Of a DNA stretch of 64,000 nucleotides, positions 37,264 to 46,659 are shown in pieces. Where the stretch lies: the NCBI GenBank assembly GCA_045652765.1, contig JAZOLG010000020.1, forward strand, positions 69,633 to 133,632. Reading direction: 5' to 3'. Under the pieces are notes generated by a model. The model searched no databases and was not told the DNA's origin. It saw only the letters and a program-made list of their open reading frames with translations. Position numbers and translations under genes: made by a program. Origin of the DNA: Bacilli bacterium (GTDB lineage Bacteria; Bacillota_I; Bacilli_A; ML615J-28; CAG-313). Numbering within the stretch: position 1 is the stretch's first letter; the number at the start of each line of letters is the position of its first letter.

Positions 37264-38838
37264 ATGAGTGATATAATGATTGACATTAATAAATTGACTT
37301 TAAAAGAAAAAATTGGACAAATGATAGGACTAGCATTTAGCGGTACAAGTTATAGTGAAGAACTTAGAATGCAAGTAGAAGAAATTGGTGCAGGTCTTAT
37401 TATTTACTTTAAAGATAATTGCAATAATCCAAAACAAATATTTGATCTAAACAAAACAATTTATAAGAATAGTAAAATTCCACCATTTATTGCATTAGAC
37501 CAAGAAGGTGGCATGGTCGCGCGTGTTACTGAAGGTGTCGTTCAGTCTCCTGGCGCAATGGCAATTAGTGCTTGTCAAAATCCTAAGTATGCTTATAATT
37601 TAGCATATAATATGGGTAAAGATTTAAGAAAGTTAGGTTTTAACTTTAATTTTGCACCTGTTGGTGATATAAATAACAATGCATTAAATCCAGTTATAAA
37701 TGTTAGAAGTTATTCAGAAAATCCAGAAGTAGTTTGCGAATATGTAAAAGAAGCTGTTCTTGGTTATCAAGATGCAGGTCTCATGACTTCAATTAAACAT
37801 TTTCCAGGACATGGTGATACCGCTGTAGATTCGCATTTAGGTTTACCAAAAGTTGATTTTGATAAAGAACGCCTATATAATATGGAACTTAAACCATTTA
37901 TTATGGCTAAAGAAGAAAACTTACCAGGTATTATGGCATCACATGTCATGTTTACTAAGTTTGACTCTGAATTTCCAACAACTTTGTCTAAGAAAATTAT
38001 TAATGGTTTATTAAGAGATGAAATCGGTTATAATGGACTTGTTGTTACAGATTCATTAACAATGAAAGCTGTTTTTAATAATTATAGTTTAGAAGAAATC
38101 GTATATAACTCAATGAATTCTGGTTGTGACATTTTATTGTTATGTGGAGCACGTGATATTAAAATGCAAAAAGAATTTGCGGATATCGCACTTCGTTTAG
38201 CAGAATGTGGCAAAATACCAATGGAAACAATCGATGCTGCTGTTACAAGAATTCTTATATATAAGGAAATGTTTACAGCAGGTCAAATGAATGACTGTTT
38301 TGAAGATGTAAAAGACGAAATTAACAACATTAAAGAAGTAGAATTTTCACAAAAAGTTAGTGAAGAAAGTATAACAGAAATTATAAATAGTAATCATTTA
38401 TATCCTGTTTGTAAGGATGAAAAAATTCTTGTTGTTTTCCCATTAATTAAAGTTGTCACTTTAGTTGAAGATGAAAACAATAACTTGATGTCACTTTGTG
38501 ATTTTATGGATATTCCAACTGATCGATTATATATGTCAATCGATCCAACAGAAGATGAACAAAACAAACTTTTAGAAATTGTAGATAATTATGATAAGAT
38601 AATTTATTGCAGTTATAATGCATGTTTCAATGAGACACAAAGTGAATTAATAAATAAAATTGATCAAAATAAATTAATTGTTTGTGCAATTAGAACTCCA
38701 TATGATTTAAGAGTTTTACCAAATGTACAAGCATATTTATGTAGCTATGAAGCAACACCACTTAGTCTTGCTTCTTTAGCAAAGGTATTAACTGGAAAGA
38801 TTAAACCAAGAGGTATTCTTCCGGTAACTATTAAATAG
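37264..38838 (+). CDS. nagZ: Glycoside hydrolase family 3 beta-N-acetylglucosaminidase, cytoplasmic
   Basis: IALDQEGGMVARV, KHFPGHGDTAVDSH and VVTDSLTMKA motifs of GH3 NagZ/YbbD-type enzymes. No signal peptide. 524 aa, two-domain form. Confidence 0.8.
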   Translation: MSDIMIDINKLTLKEKIGQMIGLAFSGTSYSEELRMQVEEIGAGLIIYFKDNCNNPKQIFDLNKTIYKNSKIPPFIALDQEGGMVARVTEGVVQSPGAMAISACQNPKYAYNLAYNMGKDLRKLGFNFNFAPVGDINNNALNPVINVRSYSENPEVVCEYVKEAVLGYQDAGLMTSIKHFPGHGDTAVDSHLGLPKVDFDKERLYNMELKPFIMAKEENLPGIMASHVMFTKFDSEFPTTLSKKIINGLLRDEIGYNGLVVTDSLTMKAVFNNYSLEEIVYNSMNSGCDILLLCGARDIKMQKEFADIALRLAECGKIPMETIDAAVTRILIYKEMFTAGQMNDCFEDVKDEINNIKEVEFSQKVSEESITEIINSNHLYPVCKDEKILVVFPLIKVVTLVEDENNNLMSLCDFMDIPTDRLYMSIDPTEDEQNKLLEIVDNYDKIIYCSYNACFNETQSELINKIDQNKLIVCAIRTPYDLRVLPNVQAYLCSYEATPLSLASLAKVLTGKIKPRGILPVTIK

Positions 38839-38848
38839 GAGGGAAAAT

Positions 38849-39574
38849 ATGAAAGTAATAGTTGTAAAAAACTACGATGAAATGAGTAAAAAAGCAGCTG
38901 AGATTTTTATTGAACAATTAAAAAATAAACCAAATTCAATCTTAGGGCTTGCTACTGGAGGTAGCCCAGTAGGTACTTACAAAGAACTAATTAAAGCATA
39001 TAATGATGGTCAAATTTCATTTAAAGATGTTCAAACTTACAACTTAGATGAATACTGTGGAATTGATATTAACCATCCACAAAGCTATTATTATTTCATG
39101 CATGATAATCTATTTAACCATGTAGATATCAAAGAAGAAAATGTACATATTCCAAGTGCAAGAGGGGAAAATATTGCTAAGCAATGTGATGATTATAACA
39201 AAGCATTACATAGCGTTGAAATTGATATTCAACTACTTGGTATTGGTTCAAATGGTCATATTGCATTCAATGAACCAGGAACATCATTTGAACAAGAAAC
39301 ATTCATTGTTGAGTTAACTGATAAAACTAGACAAGATAATAAACGTTTCTTCAATAGTATCGATGAAGTTCCAACACATGCTATGACAATGGGTATTAAA
39401 AACATTATGCAAGCTAAATCAATCGTTATGTTAATTAGTGGCGCAAGCAAAAAAGAAACTGTTGAAAAACTTTTAAAAGGTCCAATTACAGAAAGTTTCC
39501 CAGCTAGTATCTTACATAATCACCAAGATGTAACAGTAATTATTGATGAAGATGCTTATCAAAATATGAAATAA
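38849..39574 (+). CDS. nagB: Glucosamine-6-phosphate deaminase
   Basis: LGLATGGSPVGTYKEL, NLDEY and GIGSNGHIAFNEPG motifs. 241 aa. Confidence 0.92.
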   Translation: MKVIVVKNYDEMSKKAAEIFIEQLKNKPNSILGLATGGSPVGTYKELIKAYNDGQISFKDVQTYNLDEYCGIDINHPQSYYYFMHDNLFNHVDIKEENVHIPSARGENIAKQCDDYNKALHSVEIDIQLLGIGSNGHIAFNEPGTSFEQETFIVELTDKTRQDNKRFFNSIDEVPTHAMTMGIKNIMQAKSIVMLISGASKKETVEKLLKGPITESFPASILHNHQDVTVIIDEDAYQNMK

Positions 39575-39585
39575 TTACAATTTTT

Positions 39586-39630
39586 AAGGGTCTTTAGGCA
39601 TTAATTTGTATGCCAAAAAAGACCCTTTTT
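39586..39630 (+). terminator. Rho-independent terminator ending operon C
   Basis: AAGGGTCTTT / AAAGACCCTT outer stem enclosing a GGCAT/ATGCC inner hairpin, then T5. Confidence 0.8.
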
Positions 39631-39683
39631 ATTTACTTTTTAATGCCTTATAAACTAATTATTGGAAATGTATGTAAAAAAAG

Positions 39684-39698
39684 ATAAAAACGCTTGCA
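39684..39698 (+). promoter_or_regulatory. cre-like box overlapping the -35 of the operon D promoter
   Basis: ATAAAAACGCTTGCA fits WTGNAANCGNWNNCW with one mismatch. Confidence 0.4.
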
Positions 39699-39722
39699 AA
39701 AAAAAGAGTACAATGTTATAAT
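39694..39722 (+). promoter_or_regulatory. Near-consensus promoter of operon D
   Basis: TTGCAA (39694-39699), 17-bp spacer, TGtTATAAT (39714-39722). AGGAGG RBS lies before the ATG at 39769. Confidence 0.7.
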
Positions 39723-39726
39723 ATAA

Positions 39727-39741
39727 TCGCAAACGCTTTCA
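39727..39741 (+). promoter_or_regulatory. cre-like box just downstream of the -10 of operon D
   Basis: TCGCAAACGCTTTCA fits WTGNAANCGNWNNCW with one mismatch. The position suggests an operator or roadblock. Confidence 0.5.
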
Positions 39742-39768
39742 AAAATAATATATAGGAGGAAAAAATAT

Positions 39769-42700
39769 ATGAAAAAAGTTTTTGCTTGCTTAAGTGCTTT
39801 AACACTTATGTTAGTAGCGTTTGGTGTTGCAATGAAACCTGCTACTGTTTCAGCTGCTGGTGTTGCTGATGGTAAATTCATTGTTGACCCAACTCTTGAA
39901 GAGGGAGATATCCCAATGTATATAATGAATAGTATTTATACTACATTCCCTACTCTTTATGATAATGATGCTCAAGCTGACCCAGATCATTCAACTGGTC
40001 GTTTGTTCTACTGGAATGAAGTTAAATTAATTATTCCTCAATTTAGTGCTGAAGGTCCTACTGGACAAAGATATACTGTATACTCACAAGGTGCTTATGA
40101 TGAAACATTAGAATCTGCTGCAGGTACTAAAATTTATCTTTGGACATTAGATGAAAACGGTAACCCTGTTACTTCTACAAAAACTCGTAGTGGAAACCCT
40201 GACTACACAAGTTTATATGGTCCACAATTTGGTGACGTATCACTTTCTGGTATCCGTTACAATGTAACTGGTCAAGAAGTAATTATCAACGACCTTCATA
40301 ATGAAAAAGGTATTACTAATGGTGACGGTGGTACTGACCCATTCTTCATTATTTTCAATGGTGAAGGTAAAGCTGTTCGTGGTCATAACCATGGTAACTA
40401 TGTTGATGCTGCAAATATTGAAGCTTATGGATACACTCCATTATTAGGTTATAAAGATGGTCAAATCGTTGTAATCGAAGACGTAGCTGGTGCTGCTGAT
40501 GTTAATGGTAACTCTGCTGCTGAAGCTGATTTAGACGTTAAGAAAGTTACAGTTGATGATTTAGACAATCCATTATTAGACCCTGTTACTGGTGAACAAT
40601 TAACAGACGATGAAGGAAATCCTCTTTACAATCAAAAAGAAGAAGATGATCCAACTGGTGCTAAACAAATTTTAACTGGTAAACGTTATATTTGGCAATG
40701 GTATTCTGAAGAAGAATTTGCTAACGTTAAAGTTAACACTGTTCCTTACATGGCTGAAGGTTGGTTAGCTGATCGTTGGGATTATGCATACCCAGATCAA
40801 AATGGTGGTTATGTATGTATCGCTATTACTTCATCTTTAGGTAACAATGCTAAAATCTCTGCTGAAGAATCAGCAATCCACAATGCATCTGTAGACGCAT
40901 TAGTAGCTGCTGGTGAAGAAGCTCCTGCTAAGATTGAAGAAACTGAAACTCCAAATGAAGATGGTACTGTAACAGTTACTTATGCTGCTTACCGTCGTCC
41001 TATCGTTATCAGTGTTGTAATCCCTGTTGATGGTATTATGTATCGTTTCGGTTACTTAGATTACACTGGTAAACCAGCTGTTCCTCTATACATGGAAAAA
41101 TTCAACCCATTATGGGAACAAGCTATGTTATATGGTCGTAACCCTGAATATCAAGCTTACGCTCGTACATATAACTTCTCTGGTCAAGGTTTAGTTGAAA
41201 CTAATGCTGTTGTTAATGGTGAATCATTTATCGTTAGAAACGAAAATGGTAAATTAGTTGTTGAAGTTAAAGCTGGTGCTACTATCGATGTATCTGAATT
41301 AATCGAAATTTCTGGTATGTTAGGTGGTTACGCAACTGCTGGTAAACCTGCTAAAGAAGCTGGTTCTAACGTTGCTGCTGTTTTAACTTATAAAAATGCT
41401 GACGTTTCTGAATTAAGTTACGTTTTAGACATTGATGGACAACACATCATGTGGGCTGAAAAGTTCAAATATGAAAGTGCTGCTCAAGCTGCTGCTGAAT
41501 TCAAAGTTGCTATGGAAGCTGCATTCGGTGGTGCATTCTCTAACTGGTCTGGTAATGCTAACATCTTCAAACTATTCACAGAATCTGATGAATGGGATTG
41601 GGTATTAGATTATTGGACAGCTGTAAATGCTAATGAATATGAAGGCAAGAAAAATGCTGATATGTTCCAAGCATTAAAGAATGGCGATACATCTATCGAT
41701 CCATACTTTATCGCTGTTGAAGCTAACTCATTTGCTAAATTAACTGAATCTTCAGTTTATGCAAGTTCATTAAAATCTGCTAACTATGGTAACGCTGATG
41801 TTCAAGAAGCTATCTGGGACTTCATGCCTGCACCAGATCCATACAAATTTGAATCATTCGATTTATTCGTTGAAGAATTTATTAAAGATTATGGAACATG
41901 GGCTGCTGAATTCTGTGCTGCTAATGGTAAAACATTCGTTACATTAGTTGACGGTGTTCCTACATTCTCTGGTGATGGTAAACCTATCAACAAAACTACA
42001 TGGTCAGGTGCTATGGAAAACGTTGTAGGTAATGCTAACTGGAAATACACTACATTCTTCGAAGATGAAAGATTCGCTGAAAAATGGGGTTGGTTCATTG
42101 ATTTCTTCAATGAACAAATCACTTCTACTCCAAAAGCTGACGGTACTGCATATGCTTACACAATCGATAATAAATATGCATGGCGTCAAGCTTTACAAGC
42201 TTACTTCACAGCTGAATATTGGGGTTCATGGCCATATTCTCCAGACTTCTCTGGTAGATCAGAAACTCCTTACTGGGTTGGTATTAATGAAGTATGTCCA
42301 ACTTGGGCTGAAGCTCAATTCGTTTTAGGTGAAGCTTACGATGTTCATGACAGAATTCCTCTAGCTCTTGAAGTTACTAACAAAGCTACTGGATTTGTTG
42401 ATACATTAGCTATGGAATTTGTAATCGTTGAAGATTACACTCCATTATTAAAAGTTGACACTGCTGCTTTAGAAGCAATGCAAAGTGAAATCTATGGTGG
42501 TGCTACATCAATCGATTTATCAAAAGCTCTTCTTGCTTATGATGGATACTATGATGCAAGATTAGATAACGTTTATGGTCATAACATTTCTAGACACATT
42601 GAATGGGATTTACCAGAAGGATTTGATCCTGCTCAATTAACAGCTGGTCAATGGGTTATCAAAGCTCGTATCGAATCTCAAGTAAATGGTGCTAACAAAT

Positions 42701-43197
42701 CTGCTGAAGCTCAATTCACAGTTTATGTACCAGATAATACAGCTCCTGTATTTAAAACTTTAAATAACGGTGTTATTTATGTACCTGTTGGTACTCCTAT
42801 CACAGCTGAAATGGTATTACAATTTGCTTATGACAACGTTGATGGTGATTACTTAAATAACTGTCAAGTATACCATAACTGGTTCTCAGTTAAAACTGAT
42901 TATGATCCATTAATGGCTGCTGTATATGATGAATATGACGCTGAAATTACTGTTGCTGACTCTAACGGTATGAAATCAACTGAAAAAGTTACAATTATCG
43001 TAACTGGTACTTATGTTGATTTAGAAGGTATTGAATTCCCTGAATTCCCTACTCCAGAACAACCTGGTCAAAATAATGGAACTGATGGTGGTGAAAACAA
43101 CGGTGGTGAACAAGCTGGTTGTGTAAGCTTTGCTTATGTTTCAAGCTTCATTGCTGCTGCTGGTTTAGCATTATTAGTTTTCAAAAAAAGACACTAA
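39769..43197 (+). CDS. 1142-aa surface protein of unknown function with Ig-like C-terminal domains and Cys-tail
   Basis: Signal peptide (cleavage near VSAAG). No catalytic motif recognised. The C-terminal region has DUF5011/Ig-like pattern (VPDNTAPVF...DNVDGDY...ITVADSNGMKSTEKVTIIV). Tail GGEQAGCVSFAYVSSFIAAAGLALLVFKKRH. Strong bias to GCT/GGT/GTT/ACT codons. Confidence 0.6.
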   Translation: MKKVFACLSALTLMLVAFGVAMKPATVSAAGVADGKFIVDPTLEEGDIPMYIMNSIYTTFPTLYDNDAQADPDHSTGRLFYWNEVKLIIPQFSAEGPTGQRYTVYSQGAYDETLESAAGTKIYLWTLDENGNPVTSTKTRSGNPDYTSLYGPQFGDVSLSGIRYNVTGQEVIINDLHNEKGITNGDGGTDPFFIIFNGEGKAVRGHNHGNYVDAANIEAYGYTPLLGYKDGQIVVIEDVAGAADVNGNSAAEADLDVKKVTVDDLDNPLLDPVTGEQLTDDEGNPLYNQKEEDDPTGAKQILTGKRYIWQWYSEEEFANVKVNTVPYMAEGWLADRWDYAYPDQNGGYVCIAITSSLGNNAKISAEESAIHNASVDALVAAGEEAPAKIEETETPNEDGTVTVTYAAYRRPIVISVVIPVDGIMYRFGYLDYTGKPAVPLYMEKFNPLWEQAMLYGRNPEYQAYARTYNFSGQGLVETNAVVNGESFIVRNENGKLVVEVKAGATIDVSELIEISGMLGGYATAGKPAKEAGSNVAAVLTYKNADVSELSYVLDIDGQHIMWAEKFKYESAAQAAAEFKVAMEAAFGGAFSNWSGNANIFKLFTESDEWDWVLDYWTAVNANEYEGKKNADMFQALKNGDTSIDPYFIAVEANSFAKLTESSVYASSLKSANYGNADVQEAIWDFMPAPDPYKFESFDLFVEEFIKDYGTWAAEFCAANGKTFVTLVDGVPTFSGDGKPINKTTWSGAMENVVGNANWKYTTFFEDERFAEKWGWFIDFFNEQITSTPKADGTAYAYTIDNKYAWRQALQAYFTAEYWGSWPYSPDFSGRSETPYWVGINEVCPTWAEAQFVLGEAYDVHDRIPLALEVTNKATGFVDTLAMEFVIVEDYTPLLKVDTAALEAMQSEIYGGATSIDLSKALLAYDGYYDARLDNVYGHNISRHIEWDLPEGFDPAQLTAGQWVIKARIESQVNGANKSAEAQFTVYVPDNTAPVFKTLNNGVIYVPVGTPITAEMVLQFAYDNVDGDYLNNCQVYHNWFSVKTDYDPLMAAVYDEYDAEITVADSNGMKSTEKVTIIVTGTYVDLEGIEFPEFPTPEQPGQNNGTDGGENNGGEQAGCVSFAYVSSFIAAAGLALLVFKKRH

Positions 43198-43246
43198 TTA
43201 GTAGTTAAATAAGGGGGGCTTGCCTCCCTTATTGCAAGTATAATAT

Positions 43247-44230
43247 ATGACTAATAGTATCTACTACAAAACATTTAAAGATTATTCGAAAGAAAAATCT
43301 TTAATGTTATACAAATTATGGAATGATGAACTTGGTTTTATTTTTCCAATTAATGAAGAACTAATGCAAAGAAATACTTACGATACTAAAGGATTTCTTG
43401 AAGAATATTCATATGTTGCCATTGTTGATGATGAACCTGTTGGATTTGTTGTTAATAAAATATGGGCAAATGAGTATCAAATTGAAGCTTATTTAAATAC
43501 TGGTTGGATAAGTTTAATATATGTAAAAAAAGATTTTCGAAACCAAGGAATTGGTTCTGAACTTCTTAACAAAAGTTTAAGTGCTTTTAAATACTTTGAT
43601 TGTAACAAAGTTTTCCTTGGCAAAGATTATCAAAACTTCTTTCCAGGGCTACCAGTAGATCTAAAAGCACATGTTAAGTGGTTTACTAAACGAGGATTTA
43701 GTGGACTATATGACACTAATGATTTAGTAAACTACAATCTTAATTCCAAATACGAATTAAGAAATTATTTAGATAATCTAAATTATACAATTCGTTTAGG
43801 AAGTGAATTTGATTTACCGAAAATTGATGCATTTTTTCAAAAAAATTTTCCTGGCCGTTGGCATAAGGAATATTTAGATTATGTATCAAATGGAGGTAAT
43901 GGATCTGAATATTTAATATGTTTGGATTCACAAAACAATGTTTGTGGTTTTTGTAAAATACAAACATTTGACACACCAATTAATCTAATTGGATATAGTC
44001 TAACATGGCGTAATCGCTTTGATAGAATAGGAGGAGTAGGACCTCTTGGAGTTGATAGAGATTATCGACACAAAAATATTGCGTATAATTTGCTTGTTAG
44101 TGCTATCAATGAGCTAATTGATCAAAATTGTCAGAAAGCAATAATTGATTGGACTAATTTAATGGAGCTTTATCGCAAATTCGGATTTGAAATCTGGAAA
44201 TCCTACACTTATTTACAACTCAATTTATAA
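43247..44230 (+). CDS. Double-domain GNAT family N-acetyltransferase (paralog of 7946-8932)
   Basis: FRNQGIGSELL and YRHKNIAYNLL acetyl-CoA motifs. The N-terminus aligns with the other GNAT (LYKLWNDE vs VLNLWNEV). No obvious SD sequence. Confidence 0.65.
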   Translation: MTNSIYYKTFKDYSKEKSLMLYKLWNDELGFIFPINEELMQRNTYDTKGFLEEYSYVAIVDDEPVGFVVNKIWANEYQIEAYLNTGWISLIYVKKDFRNQGIGSELLNKSLSAFKYFDCNKVFLGKDYQNFFPGLPVDLKAHVKWFTKRGFSGLYDTNDLVNYNLNSKYELRNYLDNLNYTIRLGSEFDLPKIDAFFQKNFPGRWHKEYLDYVSNGGNGSEYLICLDSQNNVCGFCKIQTFDTPINLIGYSLTWRNRFDRIGGVGPLGVDRDYRHKNIAYNLLVSAINELIDQNCQKAIIDWTNLMELYRKFGFEIWKSYTYLQLNL

Positions 44231-44247
44231 AAAGGAGAACACAAAAA

Positions 44248-45861
44248 ATGAAAAAATTTTGGCAATTAATATTAGTTGTTATGTTCGCATTTGTTCTTGT
44301 AGGTTGCAAGGGCGGCGGTGATGAAACAGACCCTGAACCAACTCCAACTCCTACACCTACACCAGGACCAGGAGTATCTGGCGATGATTTTGAACCATTC
44401 CCAGAAGGAATGTCTTGTGCTGAAATGCCAGAACTTGAAAGATGCGGATATATTGAAGGTTGGGCTTGGAATTACAACCGTTTAGGTTTTGATGGTAAAG
44501 GTATGGAAATTGTACTTTTAAGTGGTGCTTCTGAAGAAGTTGACCCATACAATGACAACTTTACTGGTGAAAGAAAAGCTGACAAACAAAAACAACTTAT
44601 TCAAATCGAACAAGCTTATAACATTGACTTAGTTATTAAAAACTATCCAGACTCAGCTGCATGGGGTCCAAGCCGTGTTCAATGGTTAAATGACAATGCT
44701 GCTAGTGGAACATTATTACAACAAGGTCATATCTATACAATTTCTTCTGACTGGGTTCCAACATTAAAACAAGGTAACTCAATCGCTGAACTTGAAAACA
44801 CAGTTAAAAAAGCTGGTATTTTCACTGATTTAAATTATGAACAATCAAAAGAAAAGAATCAACAATACTCAGTTGGTACTAAAGTTTATGGATATTCAGC
44901 TGGTGAAGCTCATGCTGACTACTTCTTATACTACAACCAACAATTAGTTAAAGACTATGGTCTAGAAGATCCTGCAACACTTTGGAACCAAGGTCGTTGG
45001 GATTGGTCTGATTTCTATTCTTACATCACTGCTGCTCAAGCTGCTTTCGATGCTAAATCAGAAGAAAAGATTTATGCATTCGGTGGATTCATCAATGATA
45101 TCGCACGTGGTATGTTAGCTGCTCGTGGTCACAAATTAATCGACAACGAATCTGGTACAGTATTATTTACTAACCCTAATACAGTTCAACTTTACAACGA
45201 TTTAAGAGAAATCCACGCTGCTGGTATGTGGGCTATCGATTCTTATTCAGCTGACGTTTCTCAAAGCTTCGTTAAAGGATTACAATTATTCGCTCATGGA
45301 CAATTATGGTTCTTATCAAGTGAAATGAGATTTAAAGATCAAACTGGATTTAACATTGGTTTAGTTCCTTATCCAACTGCTGAAGGTGCTGCAAAAGCTA
45401 ATGGTGAAGTTGTTCCTGGTTACTTAGTACCAATGGGTGCTGACTCTGGTTATGCATTCCCTAACGTAACTAATGGTGAAAATGGTTTATCAACAGCTGT
45501 TCTTGTTAACATCGCTGATGACTTTACTCGTGGTTTAGTTCCTGAATTCGATTCAACTGAAATGGATGCACGTGACCAATACATTGCATTCTTAAGTAAG
45601 AGAATCAAAGGTGAAGAAGCTGTAGTTGAAGAAATCTTAGCTGCTGTTATGAGTGTTGAAGATAACGTTAAAGTTTACGGTTACACTGATTACATGGACA
45701 TCGTTTCTAAATCAGTAGGTGGTGGTTCTGACTGGAACTTAGAAGGATTCGCTACTTGGGGTATGTCACTTGTTACAAAACAAGATGTTAACCCATCTGC
45801 AACATTACAATCTAAGAAAGACATCTATCAAAAAGCATTAGATGAAATCTTAAATAGCTAA
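44248..45861 (+). CDS. ABC transporter substrate-binding lipoprotein (family 1)
   Basis: Lipobox FVLVGC followed by a PEPTPTPTPTPGPG linker. 537 aa with solute-binding-protein-like composition. Biased codon usage like the upstream surface protein gene. Confidence 0.7.
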   Translation: MKKFWQLILVVMFAFVLVGCKGGGDETDPEPTPTPTPTPGPGVSGDDFEPFPEGMSCAEMPELERCGYIEGWAWNYNRLGFDGKGMEIVLLSGASEEVDPYNDNFTGERKADKQKQLIQIEQAYNIDLVIKNYPDSAAWGPSRVQWLNDNAASGTLLQQGHIYTISSDWVPTLKQGNSIAELENTVKKAGIFTDLNYEQSKEKNQQYSVGTKVYGYSAGEAHADYFLYYNQQLVKDYGLEDPATLWNQGRWDWSDFYSYITAAQAAFDAKSEEKIYAFGGFINDIARGMLAARGHKLIDNESGTVLFTNPNTVQLYNDLREIHAAGMWAIDSYSADVSQSFVKGLQLFAHGQLWFLSSEMRFKDQTGFNIGLVPYPTAEGAAKANGEVVPGYLVPMGADSGYAFPNVTNGENGLSTAVLVNIADDFTRGLVPEFDSTEMDARDQYIAFLSKRIKGEEAVVEEILAAVMSVEDNVKVYGYTDYMDIVSKSVGGGSDWNLEGFATWGMSLVTKQDVNPSATLQSKKDIYQKALDEILNS

Positions 45862-45877
45862 TTTGCTTTTTAAAAAG

Positions 45878-45910
45878 AAACACTATGTGAGAAATCACAT
45901 AGTGTTTTTT
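45878..45910 (+). terminator. Rho-independent terminator ending operon D
   Basis: 13-bp stem AAACACTATGTGA / TCACATAGTGTTT, GAAA loop, T-run. Confidence 0.85.
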
Positions 45911-45981
45911 ATTTTAAATAAAATACCTAAATACTTTAAAAATTCATAAAAATTTGGTAAAATATATAATGAGGTGATATT

Positions 45982-46659
45982 ATGAGTTTAGATAAAAAAT
46001 TAAATTCTAAAACATATCGTTTTTTTGATTATTTATTTGGACTAGTAGTTGTAAATTTATTTACAATTATATTATCAATTTTTATTATTACATTATTGCC
46101 TGCACTTACTGCTGCATACCAAACTGTTGCGGATTTTAAGGAAGTTGGCCCTAGCAAAGTACTTAGAATGTATTTTAGTAATTTTAAAAAGCATTTGGAA
46201 AAGTCATTTGTTATAGGATTATTTATAATAATAATAATAGTCTTAGCAAGTTTTTCAATGTATTTTTATAGTCATAGATTTGAAGCTGATAATTTTGTTG
46301 GTCAAGCAGGATATTGGGCAATGCTTGTTGTAATGTTGCTACTGCTTTTGTTTAGTTTGCATTTACCGCTTGTTATGATAAATTTTCAGACACTTGGAAT
46401 ACTTGATACAATAAGAATATCGATATTTATTTGTTTTAGATACTTTATATCAAGTTTAATCATTTTAGGTATGAATATTGTTATGTTAATAGGTGTACTT
46501 GCACTGCCAATATGGGTAGTAATTGGTATTAGTTTACCAGTGTTTTTAAGTATTAAGTTTACAGATGCAACTTATTACTATTTAAGAAAAATCGATTTAG
46601 AAAAAATAATACAAAGAGCAAAGGAGATTGAAGATGAAGAAGACGATTTTGGGAATTGA
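45982..46659 (+). CDS. YesL/DUF624 family membrane protein (paralog 2)
   Basis: N-terminus YRFFDYLFGLVVVNLFTIILSIFIITLLPALTAAY and multi-TM layout parallel ORF 32558-33247. GAGGTGA RBS. Confidence 0.65.
   Translation: MSLDKKLNSKTYRFFDYLFGLVVVNLFTIILSIFIITLLPALTAAYQTVADFKEVGPSKVLRMYFSNFKKHLEKSFVIGLFIIIIIVLASFSMYFYSHRFEADNFVGQAGYWAMLVVMLLLLLFSLHLPLVMINFQTLGILDTIRISIFICFRYFISSLIILGMNIVMLIGVLALPIWVVIGISLPVFLSIKFTDATYYYLRKIDLEKIIQRAKEIEDEEDDFGN

Noticed and set aside
43209-43231. G-rich hairpin (TAAGGGGGG CTTG CCTCCCTTA) after the surface protein gene, considered as a terminator.
   Set aside because: It has no U-run (TTGCAAG follows) and the next gene starts 16 nt later. It is more likely an mRNA-stabilising or processing hairpin within operon D. 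It is left unannotated.
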